Shown: positions 38,227-52,334 of the stretch, piece by piece
Position numbering within the stretch: position 1 is the stretch's first letter
Layout: each line of letters begins with the position of its first letter
From: Octopus bimaculoides
Taxonomy: Eukaryota
Length of the DNA: 64,000 nt
Reading direction: 5' to 3'
NCBI RefSeq assembly: GCF_001194135.2
Contig: NC_068988.1
Location: 16,795,094 to 16,859,093, forward strand
The notes under the pieces: generated by a model
Database searches by the model: none
Told to the model about the DNA's origin: nothing
What the model saw: the letters and a program-made list of their open reading frames with translations, nothing else
Position numbers and translations under genes: made by a program

Positions 38227-39734
38227 CCAATCATACACACACATACATACATACATACATACAATCATACATATTTTCTTGTATATTACTACCATTGTAC
38301 AACATTGTGAAAGCATAATGTAAACTAAAATTTTCCAATAACTTTTTATATCTGATTCATACCTATTTGTCGATATGACGCACATATTCCGAATGACTGT
38401 CGACAAAGTAGTTGAGGTTAATCAATGCAGTAGCGTGATAAATATCTCCGAGCATTATAGGAGTTAGTAAGTGCTCCAACTTCTTATTAAGACCATCAAA
38501 CACTGGAAATATATTTCGTATATGTCTACCCGGAAAATGCCGCCCGGGAAGATGTGTACAGAATTTCTGTTAAGCATCATTTCACAGCAGATAGCAACAA
38601 TTCTCAAAAAAGGCAGTTAAAATCCGATGATTTATGCAAAATCCACTCCCAAAATAACGTGAAAAAATATAATAGCATACTTTCTGAAATAATATGACAC
38701 AAGCGAAATAAAGTCGACAGCTATAACGGACTATGTATGGTACACAAAAGGAAAGCCTTAATCTCCTTTTAGTCTCACATGTTAGATACTTAAATACAAA
38801 ATCATAGTTAATTCATGAATGCTGAAACAATTACTCGTTTGGTGATTTTAACTAACTACCCATCATACTTATAAAGAAACCAGTTTCATGTACGTAAGAA
38901 AATTATCGATAGCATCACTTCAAAAACACTCAAACACTGATACCGCTTACCGGTGAGTTTTATTACCACATCTAAGTATGTTCGGGGAGAGGAAAGGAAA
39001 GCTGCATATTGCAATTATATTTCATGTTAAATACTAAATCTACAACGTAATACATGATTTTTTATTTTGTTATATCATAACCATAGTGTGTATATATACA
39101 TACATACGTATATAAGTTTATTTGAGGCAATACTTGCGTGCCTGCACAAAAGATTCTGGAGGAGAATGAATTCTTGTATATACGTGCGAATGTATTTCAG
39201 CATATATAGAATTCCGTATGCTTCGTATACGCAAGTCTGTATGTAGGTATGTATGTATGCATTGTGAATTAATTATTTTCGTGCGTAATTGCAAGTCACC
39301 TGCAAACAAAGGGCATTTTTGTTTAGAAAAACAGCTTTCTCATTTATACGTGATACGAGATTAAAATCATGCTTTTTGTTTTTATTTTTTTAGAAATAAA
39401 TTTCAGTACAAATTATATATAAAATTCCAGCAATTGTGATTACTTTTTTAAGAAAAATTTACCAAACACGCTTCGTTCATAAATTACCCTTGAGGTTCAA
39501 AATAAGAAACTGACCATTTGATGTATTTTCTGAACATTATGAAAATTCTGTTAGAGGACTACTTTAAATGCATGTTTGTCTGTGAAATACGTAGCAAATC
39601 ACGTGCAAATTGATTGAGCAGTTAATTCATTTTTTCGCGGATTTCTATTACTAAACGTCGAAGCTGACGGAGATCCCTTCTTTCTTTTACCTTGTGCACG
39701 AGTGAGTAAGGGTAATAACCCTTTTCACTTGATT

Positions 39735-39840
39735 CGCAAGGCCTCAACGCTTTTTGGGTGATTTAGCCGATTCTATCGACACTGGTGCTCAACTAGTACT
39801 TTTTTTATCGACCGCGGACGATTCTGTTAACGCGTCGCCA
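39735..39840 (-). mobile_element. Short SINE family A remnant
   Basis: gcaaggcctc...atcgacactggtgctcaactagtactttttttatcgacc...gattctgttaacgcgtcgcc. Confidence 0.55.
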
Positions 39841-42800
39841 TAGCATGAGCAATAATATACGCATATATGAAGGAAGTGTGAGAAAGAAATAGAAGGAATT
39901 TTACAGGGATTCTGCTGAAATGTACATTCATAAACAAAGACATGTATTCATATATCTGTGAAATATTTAACTTTGCCAATAATATGAGCGGATATTTACA
40001 TAAACAATTTGCATAACTCTATTAAGTTTAGAAGTATCTCATACCAAATTTATCAGACTCAAATATTTGATTGCATACGACTTTTGATTACTTACACACA
40101 TTGCAACATAGGTAAATGTGTCTGAGAACCCAATGATTATAAAAGTATGTTTGCATATATGTACGAATTATGAAAATGTAGAAAAGAAGGAAAGATAAAT
40201 ATGAAATGGGACTGTTTTATCTTTTCCGTTATTAATAATATAACCATTAAGGTAGCGATATAAATATTTAACCTATTTATGTTGTTGAAAATAAACAGAC
40301 ATGTCTCCATCAACTCATATTCACTCACAAAATCAGGAGTGAATATTTTATTTTACTATTTTTTCTAGATTCGCTTTATATATTCAGAGCTATGAATTAT
40401 ATACGCAACATTACACACATAGACATTGTGTCAACATTATAATGTTGGAGAAATTCTTTTCCCTCTTATGCCTATATTTTCCGTGCAGAGTTCACAGTAC
40501 ATACATACATACATACATGTATAGGTATGCATGTTATGTGTAAAGAATATTATTATTATCATTCAACTTTACTTATGTTAAAATAGATGTATCTTCTTTT
40601 TTTCTTGTTGATCAAGAGAAAAACATTTGATCTTTGTTTTCGCAAAGTTCTCCAAAAGATTGATGTGATTAAAATTTCTCTTGTTCTCCTTATAAATTTA
40701 AGGCAGCTGGAAAAAAAGTATAGTAAGTGTGGGAATTCCAGGTGGTCGGATTTTAATGCCCAGAAGAGTAAGTGTAATGCGGTGTCTGGGTGTGATGGAT
40801 AAAAGACGGTTGACGGATGATGAATTACTGACAACCTATGAAAAGAAATCTATATGCAAAGTGAAAATTTCCAATTCAGATAAGCATCATAGACACATAT
40901 AAATCAACTTCTGAATACATTTTTACTTTATTTCATGTCAAAAATTTTATAGAGTATATCTCCTTTGTGGTTTCTTGATAACTAAAGCTATCGTAACATG
41001 CCAACATTTGTCGTATATATCAATCGACACTCCTTATCTAGCATTTGTACTGCTGAAGGGACATATGTATTTAACGTTTTTACAATATAAATAAAATATT
41101 CAGCTAATTACACACTCATTCAAATATATTTTATATTATCTCAAGTTTGTTTAGCGTGTTTGATTTGCTTTGAGATACCATTCACGAGAACCTTCGTTGA
41201 ACACTATTTTCGTTTTCTATAATTCTGAAAATTCATTTTTTAGGAATGACATTTTCTTTAGGATTTTCAAGCAGGCAAATAATAGTTGTAATCTTAAAGT
41301 GTTTTGTAAGTCACCTCTGGTTTGAACCTCCTGTTAAAAATATTTTTTCCTTGCCAATACGACTCATGCTGTCTGGAAGACTCTAGATATAAGATTTTGA
41401 TTCTATTTTAGCCATACTTCTAAAGTCTAGGTTGTTGATAAATGATATTTTAGTTTGTGTAGTGAAATCTCTTAACCAGTGGCGCAGGCAGTTATAAAGT
41501 TTCTATTCTATGAGTAAGAGTAAATTCACCATCATAATAAATATTCACAAGGTAAAAAGTAAACACTACGACAGTTTATTTAACTGCTTTGGAAAACAAA
41601 AATAATCAATGCAAAAATGTTTTTTAATCATTGATTTGGTGTTAAGCTAATTTAATTGATTTACGTTTCTAATTAACTTAATGAGCGGATGGATTTTACC
41701 AGTTTCTATTCTGGAACACCCAATTCTAATTTACACAAAAAGAAAAAAACTTTCCGTTGAAGCAAAATACAAAATATTGGAAAGCGTTTGTTGCACTTGT
41801 CCAAACCATTTTCAGCTTTAGATTCTTAACGTGTTTCTATTTATCTTACAAATACTTTTTGCATTTCTCATAACTTGATTCACTAAGATATCTTTATACA
41901 TTAAGAATCTTAATTGTAAAGGGATAATTATCTCTTTTCTTTATTTCGTATTCCGTGAACACTATCTATGTTTGTACACTTTATAAAGTGTCTCGGGAAA
42001 GAATAATCACACATATGCTAAAACTAGTTGGGAAAGGTTACCCAGAAGTACATGGAAGAATAGAAGTACATTTAATGTGTCTTACGTTAGAATTATAAAC
42101 ATTAAACGCTAGAACCTAAGACTTTTTCAGCATATTATTCCATTGATTTTGAAAACGCTCCTGATTTATAATTAATCAGGATAATATTGGGCATTGTTGT
42201 AACTGTTTCACATTCAAATAGTTAAGACTGAGAACCAAAAAGCTCTTTTCCTTTAGCAATCATCAAATTGAAATTTTACGCTGAGAATAAATAATGAAAC
42301 CTTCTATAATTTTCTTTTTTTTTTCAATTTATCGGTCTCTGCGTTACAGATTAGAGTGCTGAAGTTTCCAAAAGTGTCTGTTCTAAAATATCTTGTAAAT
42401 ATGATATGGAGTACTTTTACTTAAGGTTTGCTGATCTTCAGGAGATTGATGATTGTGAGTAAAAGCAATTGCACAAATTATATCCACGTATTTATATGTA
42501 TCTATATAAAAGTATATTTGTACATATAGCATCACTATCGAAAAACTTTTCCAGCGAATAGCTTATAGGAGGGAATTAATCTATGCAATAACTTTCTATC
42601 GAATGAAATCGTAACACATTTGCCGACCGGCAAAACATTTATAAAATGATGCATCATCGAATAAAATGATAGAGAGTGATATGTTTTAGCGAAGGAATTT
42701 TCACCGAAAAATATTTTATTTAACATGGAAACAACTATTCGTACAATACATTTTCTCAATATAATATTTTGTTGAATAATTTTATGTAAAACAATTTTAA

Positions 42801-43574
42801 TATAAATAACTGTAAATACCTCTACCGTTAGCATATATTTTTAAAATATACTTTTATACTAATTATTTTCTATATCGCATACTATTGGATACATAATATC
42901 TGAAATGTATCTATACTTTAATGGAAATATTTATTTCTATTGCTCATATCTACAGTAAAGTCATCAAATTTACGTGTCATATATTAAATTTATTTTATAT
43001 TTCAAAGCTTCAATGGCTTAAGTACTTAAAATCATACCTTTATGGTTTTTATGACATTAATATATGGAAATTAATTGGTTCTACTAGCTGGTCCAGAGGC
43101 CAAACCGATTTTAGAAACATGGTCACCTATTCAAATTTAAAATTTCACCACACATCTATCTATCTATCTGTTCTCCTTGTCTCTCATCATTTCTCCCTCT
43201 TTCTGTACGTAGATAATATATATGTGCGCGTCTCCATGAGAGTTGAGCGTGTGTATATGTATATAATATACATATGCATAAATACATATACATACTTACA
43301 TATATATATGTATATACACATGCATATACACATACAGGACTTCAAACAACGAGAAATGCCTGAAATTGTATCTGAAACAATTGTAGTACGTTTTTCACAT
43401 TCAAAGTGTTTTATTTTCCTCCGGGTGTGATAAATTACAGTGAAAGAAAACTTTATTGTAAAGTTATGTTTAATTCGTATTAAGTTCTGCGTGGATTTGT
43501 GGTGTCCTTGATTTTCTTTGTTGGCATGCCACAAGTATGACGAAATCAATTTGTTTCGCTTTCATACTATGGGT

Positions 43575-43752
43575 AAAAAGCTTAGTGGCATTTCATCTGC
43601 CCTTACGTTTTGAGTTCAAATTCCACCAAGGTCCGCTTTTCCTTTGATCTTTTCGAAGTCGGTAAAATAAGTACTAGTTACGCACTGATGTTGATATAAT
43701 AGACTTACCCCTACTCTTGAATATGCTGGCCTTGTACCAAAATTTGAATCCA
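43575..43752 (+). mobile_element. SINE family A copy with tail ii
   Basis: ttacgttttgagttcaaattccaccaaggtcc...gctggccttgtaccaaaatttgaatcc. Confidence 0.85.
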
Positions 43753-44847
43753 GTTTCTCTTACCTGAATGTTATTCATAAAACAGATGAAAATGTATGCA
43801 TTTGACAAGTTCTCGTTTTCTCTGGCTCTATTCATGTAAACACAATCTGTAGGCAATTCATAGGAACGAAGGTGTGTATAAACTGATCATGAATATTATG
43901 TGAACCCGCATCTACTAAATTTACCTTCCCGCGTAAAGAAATTCTGTTCGGCTGTTATGGTAAAGAAGTAGCTGTTAAATGCACAAACCGAAGCGTCTTC
44001 ACATAAATCAAATTTTTTCCTGAAACATTTTGGTGTCTAGACAGAATGATAAAAAAAAAAGAGCCAAGGAAATAAATAAATGTCATAACGGAAAATGGTG
44101 AAGAAGTGAAGATAAACGTGGAGAAATATATAGCGATAGACAAAGAAGGACGTGAGAAGCGATCGAATTAGTGAAACTATCATTGAAGATCAGAGAGAAG
44201 AAAGAGAAATAGCACACCGAGATTCAGGACCCTAGAAGCAACGAAGAGGCAGATGATACTTACAGAGAAGAAACTACACCGAAGAGAAAGTAGACATAAC
44301 TACACAAAATTTCTAACACTCACATGTGTGTGTGTACGTTGTCAAGCTCCAACATTTGTTTCTGACAACGGAAATTTTTGAATTAATATTCAAAAGATTC
44401 ATATTAGTCAGAAGAAAATAACCTATGTCTTTATTCTTTATTTTTGCTATTCTTTTGGAAATTTATGTCTGTTTTGTGTATTAGTTTACCTATAAATCTT
44501 TAGTGCTTCTCACTAATACCGCCTCTGTCGAAATGATTTATTAATTTCCTGTTGTGTCATAATATTCCACGATAACCGATTTATAGCAAGTTGAGCATGA
44601 ATTTGCAACGTAACCTTCCGCGTTAATAATAGCCACGAGACACTGCCCTGTGTTGCTCATTAAAAAATCCCTTTGTATGTCGTAGTGTCATTTTTTCCCA
44701 ATATCTGCATCGTTTTCTAATCTTTTTTTTTTTTGCTTTCTCTTTTATAACGAGCTATTGTTTAATTTTCTTTCCTGTAGAAATCAAAGCAACAAAACAA
44801 AATCGTATTACAGAACCCCCCTGGTTATGTGTAGAAATATTCTGTTC

Positions 44848-45242
44848 TACTCTAGGCACAAGGCCCGAAATTTTGGGGGAGGAGGCCAGTCGATTAGATC
44901 GACCCCACTACGCAACTGGTACTTAATTGATCGACCCCGAAAGGATGAAAGGTGAAGTCGACCTCGGCAGAATTTGAACTCAGAACGTAAAGGCAGACAA
45001 AATACCGCTAAGCATTTCGCCTGGCGTGCTAATATCACTTTTATGCTGTAGGCACAAGGCCCGAAATTTTGGAGGAGGGGCCAGTCGATTAGATCGACCC
45101 CAGTTCGCAACTAGTACTTAATTTTTCGACCCCGAAACGATGAAAGTCAAAGTCGACCTCGGCGGAATTTGAACTCAGAACATAACGGCAGACGAAATAC
45201 CACTGACGACGCATTAACATTTCTGCCAGAACGCCGCCTTAA
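44848..45242 (-). mobile_element. Tandem dimer of SINE family A with tail iii
   Basis: Two highly similar units, each starting taggcacaaggcccgaaattttgg...ccagtcgattagatcgacccca. The first is truncated in the head. Confidence 0.92.
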
Positions 45243-46578
45243 TATGTAGAAATATTGAAATGCTGCAAATATTGTCAACTTCAAATATTTTAGCTCATTC
45301 AATACTTTTCGTTTTACTGGTATACACGGAATAATATCCATTGGTGTTTGTGCGTTCCAGGTCTTTGCGTTCTGAGTTCAAAACGCGCAGTGAATTATTT
45401 CTTTGATAGACTTCATCTCCATCATCCAGATTCATACTACCTCTTATAACCTTGTGCCCTTTGCATAGTCGATTCAGAGACTGGTTTCCGACTGGAGAAT
45501 ATATTAATCCTTTCTTCCTATTTGTCTCGGAGGTAATGGAAATTGAAAAATGTAATGGATAGTAAATTTCTGTCGAGACGGAATTACAAAATAAAAACAT
45601 TCTCACACGTTCAAAGTGTTCACTGCAGAATATCAGTTTTTTTTTTGTCAGACACTTTGTATAATATAGTCTTAGATAAATTCTTCCTACCTACTCTAAA
45701 CTATCGTTTCATTGATCAAAAGTTTATGCTTACTTTGACTATTACCTGTTGGTGATTTTATAATTTTGTCTGTTCAGAAATCAAATGTCTATCATACCAT
45801 TGTATTCATGTTGGCTTCTGATATATCAGTTTGTTAAATACTTAAATGCATTATATCATATGAACTTATTTGCTTCGTTATCATTCAACTACGGTAGTAG
45901 TGGAATAGTATTCTTAAGGCCGCAATTTACTCACATGCAGCACCTTTCAGAACTTGTCGCTCATTCAGTTCTTAACCAAATTGAAGACTAAACATTTTTG
46001 AAGAGGACTGTTCCTTAGCTACATGTTGGCATAAAAAAATTGAGATATGGTCCAGTAGATAAAAGTTTACACTAAAATTTGTAGCAACGTTATAGGAGAG
46101 TAAGTAACGCCTCCAATCAAGTTTAGATCCAAAATAACTTTTTTATTTTAAAAGCAAAATATATTCATCTTGTCTTCCATGATAGAAGATAGCATGCAGA
46201 ATTTCATACTTTTGGTCCCATGCAACATAAGTTTTTATCATAAAATTGTGAGGCAAAATAACATGAAAAAAATATAAGTAAAGCAAAAAAAATTGGATTT
46301 AAGTATAATTGACTTTTTATTTTGAAAACAAACTATACTTTAATTAAGCTTTAATGATAGAACTCATTTCATTGTATCAATTTCATGCAGTGAAGTTTTA
46401 TAAGAAAAAACAAATTAATGAGTGCTTGTTTCTGAAATTTGATGGTGATGATATAGTTCTATACTTTTCATAGATATAGTTCTATAGGGGACTTTTAATA
46501 TATTTCAACGTCATATATTATCAAAGACACCGCTAATTGACACATTTGACACACTATTAATTAGCAGAACAAACATCG

Positions 46579-47458
46579 ATTACATTGAAAAATGCGAGCA
46601 AGAGAAATAATATTGAGATTATAAACCTGGAAGATTACAGGACAAGTTATTACACTTGGAAAAGTTCAGGACAAGTTATTACATCTGGTAAAATACAAAA
46701 CAAGAACATTTCTACTTAAGATATTGCAACTAAGGATAAAATTTGAATATTAAAAATCATCTGATATTAATTTAAAATGTAACATTATCATTAAAAAAGG
46801 TACCATCATTTCTTTAAACTATTAACACACTAGAATGCTTAAAAAAATTAGAGCCAGAAGTACCAATATAGCTAAAGTTTTATGCAAAGTAGAAAAGTAT
46901 ATATGGTAGGCAAATTCATTATGTAAAAATAGGCATTGGGCGAAGACTAGAAATGTGAAGACTTGGCAATGACTTAGGCAATAACTCAAGCACATGTTAC
47001 TGTGAATTTGTTGTTATAAGTAGATTTTACTGTAATATATAACTAATTTTTGTATTTTTCTATTTATTGTACTAACTAATCATGTACTACTATTATTTTT
47101 TATAACCTATTTTCAAATTTCTAATGAAAAATTAATAATTTAAAAATTGAATTTTTTAAAGTACAAAAATATTTTGAGATTTAAAAAAAATGTTAATAGA
47201 AGTATCAAGTAATGACAATTAGAAGTAATAACTTGTAATGAAATTTTTAGTTTTAATAAAAGTAAACATTTTCTAAATGTAAATATTTTATATGAAATTT
47301 ATCCTTAGCTGTAATATTTTAAGTAACAATTTTCTCGTTCTCTACGTTACCAGATATAATAAATTGCCCTGAACTTTCCCAAGCGTAATAACTTCTGATC
47401 TTTTCCAGGTTTATAACCTTAAGAATATTATTTCTCTTGTTCGCTTTTTTCATGTAAT
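46579..47458. mobile_element. Foldback/MITE-like element with long imperfect terminal inverted repeats
   Basis: 46587-46691 (gcgagcaagagaaataatatt...ataaacctggaa...aaagttcaggacaagttattacatctggtaa) is the reverse complement of 47347-47452 (ttaccagatataataaattgccctgaacttt...ttccaggtttata...aatattatttctcttgttcgc). Confidence 0.85.
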
Positions 47459-48591
47459 ATCAAATGTGCGACTGTTTTGTACAATCATCACTAGTATCAC
47501 GATGGTGATAATAACTATATTCTTCTGGAAAATCGCAGTATAACACAGTCACAACGTATCTAAAAGACTAGATAGCACTGCTTTTCATATAGAGAGTGTT
47601 ACTTTGTGAGTGGTATTGGTCTTTATTTAGGATCTTTTTTGTAGTTCGGGGCACATTTATAGACTACTGAGCAGTGCATCTGATACAGCTATGCTACTGA
47701 GTTGGACACTTCTTTATTTTTTGCAAAAGTTATTTTAAGGTTAGATCAAAAGTGATCGAGCGGACGTATGACGCGAAGCATTTCGATGATCAGGGATTTT
47801 TCATAGTATCTTGTAACACATAAATGTCATCTAATCGTGAGCTTTCACTCACTAGGACGATGAAAATGTGCTTACTATATTTTACGTGTTCCGCGACTAC
47901 AATTTATTATTTATATGTAAACAGGCTTAAAGTGTTTGGTGATAATATCGAGTTATTTGCTAATCAAAGCAATTCTGCGGATGCGTAATAGGAAAAACTG
48001 TTTTACCATTTCAGCTAATCGATTGAATGTAACCGCACACCTTAGTTTTTCTTTGTTTGCATTTAGAAATATTCACCTAAGATACGATGACCGTCGACGA
48101 TGTTGAACTTTCATACTCCGCTCTCTTATATTGTATAATATTGGCTGTTAATGTCAACATGATCGGGTTAGGATGTTATTAGAATGCATTAGCACACCTA
48201 AGGCCGGTCTATATCGTGGGAGTGAAGCCGGGTAGACAAGATCTGTATAATACACGTCGAATGGACAGAGTCTGTCTTTTAAAGTCTAATTGTATCACAC
48301 ATTACCTCTCTCTGGTTCAACATAAGAATTAAGTTGAGCGTATATCTATCAGTGGAATACTCAGTCACCTACACTCTAAGTTAAGGTAAGGAATTGAACT
48401 TTCAATTGATCGAACTGCATTATGCTCGTCGTAGAAACCGTGATACTATTTTTCTTGAAAAATAAAATATACATGTTTGTGAAAGGAATTTATACACATA
48501 TTCTGATTATACTCCCCTATATAGTTAGCCATTTTCGTGCATGCTCTAAATATGAATGGAGATTATATTATTTGACTGTAATTAGGGTGGC

Positions 48592-48785
48592 GATTTGACA
48601 GAATTGTTAGCACGTTGGACAAAATGCTTAATGATATTTCGTACACCTTTACGAAATTTCGAGGTCGACCTGGCCTTTCATCTTTTCATGGTCGATGAGA
48701 TAAGGACTATGTGATCACTAAGGTCGATGGAATTAACATAAACGTCCCACAATATTTCCGCCCTTGTGCGTACGTAAAAATGGAT
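48592..48785 (+). mobile_element. Degenerate SINE family A copy
   Basis: ggcgatttgacagaattgttagcacg...gaggtcgacctggcctttcatcttttcatggtcgatgag. Confidence 0.75.
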
Positions 48786-49439
48786 TACAGATTATTAGCA
48801 TATAATATGAGCAAAATATCGCGTCATACTATCGCTTTATTTCACAAATGGCCATTCAATTTGATATGAAATCCGATAACAAATTAACAGCTATATTCTA
48901 TTTTTCTTTTCATTGGTGCTTCATAGCGATTAATATTTATCAAATGCAATAGGTGTGCCTGGTTAAATATACTAATTCTAACAGCACTAAATTTGTTGGT
49001 ATTGTGCATAATTTAGCCCATAAACACATGGATATGTTTCTATGGAAATTCATTTTCAAAGCAGAAAACTGAAATAATGTACGCATATGTGAAGAAATGC
49101 TTGCGCAATCACACATTAGTCTTATACATAAGTGAATAGGGATAAAAAATGTTAAGCTGGAATACTTTTCTTATGTACCTTTGTAAAAGTTTATTTCAGT
49201 CAGTATTTGAAAACAAAATGACACTTCAAATGTCATAATTTACATTTTATATTTTAAATGACAAAAGGCATCAACTAAGCGATAATCAAATTCTACACTT
49301 ACCATTTGAAAAAGCCGGATCACTATCTGAATGAGTATATCTTTCATCTGTTTCACTCAGTGGACTGCCATAATTATACAACACCGCGAAAGTTTTACAT
49401 AAACGAATTCACTCCAGTAATTATTTTTTAAAACCATAT

Positions 49440-49685
49440 TCTACAGTCTCCATTGCCGAACCGCTAATTTGCGGGGAGGTAAAACATTCAACAATACAAA
49501 ATGACTTATACGTAGACATGTAAGTGTATATATATTACGGTCTTCTTTCAGTTTCCGCATTTGAAATCGACGCACAAGGCTTCAGTCGGTGTAAGGCCAT
49601 GACATACCACGCTTGCCCAAGATGCCACATAGTAGGACTGAACACAGAGCCATGTTCCTACCACAAGGCTATGTCAGTGCCTATA
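49440..49685 (-). mobile_element. Degenerate SINE family B copy
   Basis: gccgaaccgctaa...cttctttcagtttccgc...cacaaggct...ttgcccaagatgccacatagtaggactgaac. Confidence 0.7.
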
Positions 49686-49690
49686 TAGAC

Positions 49691-49727
<37 letters not shown>

Positions 49728-49739
49728 NNNNNNNNNNGT

Positions 49740-49885
49740 ACGCAACTGGTACTTAATTTATCGATCCTGAAAGGATGAAATGCAAAGGCGGCCTCGGTGG
49801 AATTTGAACTCAGAACATAAAGATAGGCGAAATACCGCTAAAACTTTTCGCATGGCGTACTAACGATTCTGCTAGCTCACCGCAT
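49740..49885 (-). mobile_element. SINE family A copy next to a gap
   Basis: cgcaactggtacttaatttatcgatcctgaaaggatgaaa...ggaatttgaactcagaac...gctagctcaccgc. Confidence 0.85.
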
Positions 49886-52334
49886 TTCACTTCTAAAATA
49901 TTGTCTGAGCTTCCATAGAAATGTTGTACCGTGTATTTAACTGTCCGGGGTTTTACTTCATACTCTAACGATATTTTGTTTATGATGCTTCCTGCAAAGA
50001 ACACTACATCTTCCTACGAGACAACGAGGAAGATTTTGTGTAGTTGCAGAACCTTCCAGATATAAAGCCCACATTGTGCTGCCTTATAAAATAAAACATT
50101 TTATAATAGATTATATAGTGCTTGATATACAAAGAAAAAAAATGAAGAAACCTTGTGATGGCTACAGCTGGGATTCCTTTGATCCTAAATCCTATTCTTT
50201 TAACAATGGTCTTCGGCTACATGGCAACTTCATGGTTTCTACTCTCGATAAATATGCTTTAAACTAATACTTTACTAAAATAACAGCACTACTATAATTT
50301 GCTAGAATATACAATGTTTTTTGAAATGAACTATTGGAAATATGGCAATGAAAAAAGATTATCAAACGTAGTTGAATCTTCTCTAAAGTCCTTATTGTGT
50401 CATGTGTGTCTTACCTACCAAGAAATGGGCGGGGTGTTAATTTAAAATAGGTCCCATTTAAATTAGTGATGAAACGTCCGGTTCAAAACTTTCTATGTAA
50501 CACACAACTTATACCTAACTCATAAAGTGGATCTAAAAATATCAATATCACGTGACACAACATCAAGATGTACGAACCGTGAGATTCAATTAATCACCTC
50601 AAAGCACAATGCCCACTCAAAACTATCTCCATATTGTTTTGTACACTAGCTGAATAAAGAAAAAAAACAACAAAACATTATGATTATTAAATCTCTAGAA
50701 AGCAGAATCCATGGAAACATCGTAAAAGTTTAGACGGAATGAAAGCAATGGTTCTAATTAATAGTCTTTTCATTTCAATCCATCTTTATTTTCTGTTCTG
50801 TTTTATTCTAGCAACTTAATCTGTTTTTCACAGACATTAGAGAACAGTGTCTCCTCACAGAACACTGACATGTTTATTTTGATTTATTATAATGCTAATG
50901 CAATTAAAATAATACTAAAAAGCAAAAGAACAATTATCAACTGGAACAAGAACAGCAGCAACATCACAAGGAAACAAAATTTTAATAAGACGAAGAAGAA
51001 AAATTATTAAAAACAAGCAACAAAACATTGTAAAGTGGAAAAAAAGACGATGTGAACGAATTTAAACATTAAACATAAAATAATAATTCAAAGAGGGAAT
51101 GAGAATCAGTGAAAAATAAGAGGTTTCAATTTCCAGTTGAAGATATTTCGTATTATGTAAGAATCTTAATAAAATCATGCACATCACGAAGAGCCATTCA
51201 TCTCGTCCTTTGAAGCTTAAGGCAAATACGAATAATTATGAATAATGAATATTAATAAACAAAGCATAACTAATACAAGAGAATAATATTATAACTAATG
51301 AATGTAAAAATAACATCAGCATCTAATGAAGCCAAACTATATTTAAGAATGGGCGGGGTGAATGAAAAGCTATGGCTTGGGCAGTGTTTTCTTCGTACAT
51401 CCTACCCCAACTATTTATTTCACGTTAGATTCTGCCCCAACTGTTTCCTATTCCGTCGTCCCATATAATCACATAATTCTTGAATTGAATCGGATCGAAT
51501 GTGTATTAATATATTACCGGCATTTTATATCAGCTCTACAAAAAATAAAAACCAATCACATCAAACTCGGATAAACGAAAAATAAATTAACGGAGGAAGT
51601 AACAGGAATTATCGTATTTGATAGCATATTAGACGCACTTTTTTTTTTCTAAAAGGTGTCTGAAAAGAGCACCCTGCGTCCTATTTTCGACACCGAGCCT
51701 ATATTTCATGAAGTTATGCACTAAAAACATTTTCTTTTGAATATGCTGGGTAGAAATTCGAGTGCACCCTTTATGTCATCAAATATAATACATTGTCGTT
51801 TCTAAAAGATATCGTCATTTCTGTTCATGTAGCAGAAATAATAACAGATTGGTTTCTTCTTTTCCATACCTAAATAATCTATCTATGTATTGGACAAGTG
51901 GAATGCTACGGGAAGTGTAAAGGATTTTACCAAATATGTAAATCTCTTGTAAACGAATACTGACAACAATTCATGATCAATTATCGGGAATAGCTTATGC
52001 TATGCTCACTGTTCCTAAAATCTAGAAGAAGCAAATGAAGAGCAGTATAATACAAGATAGAATTTGTGGAGACAAAATAGTAAAAAGACACAGTAGATAT
52101 TTACAGGTAACTAACACGGAATATACAAAAATATAACAATTGCATTCAAGTCACATTTTGAATTCTCATAACTTATCACAGAATTTATTCCGCTTGATTT
52201 TCGTGTAGATTATTTAGTATATACCGTCAGATAAAGCCACAGGCTTTATATTGTCCTTAGATTTTAACAGTTAAACAAAGTGTACATTAGAGGAGAAGCT
52301 CCTAAGATCGGATGGCTAATTTTTTTTTTAGATC

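Noticed and set aside
42921-43549. 169-aa and 120-aa ORFs
   Set aside because: AT-rich composition with YIYI/HIH microsatellite translation; no domain.
50421-51362. aatgggcggggtg (GC-box-like) occurring twice about 930 bp apart
   Set aside because: A 13-bp match with no wider similarity and no other promoter evidence.
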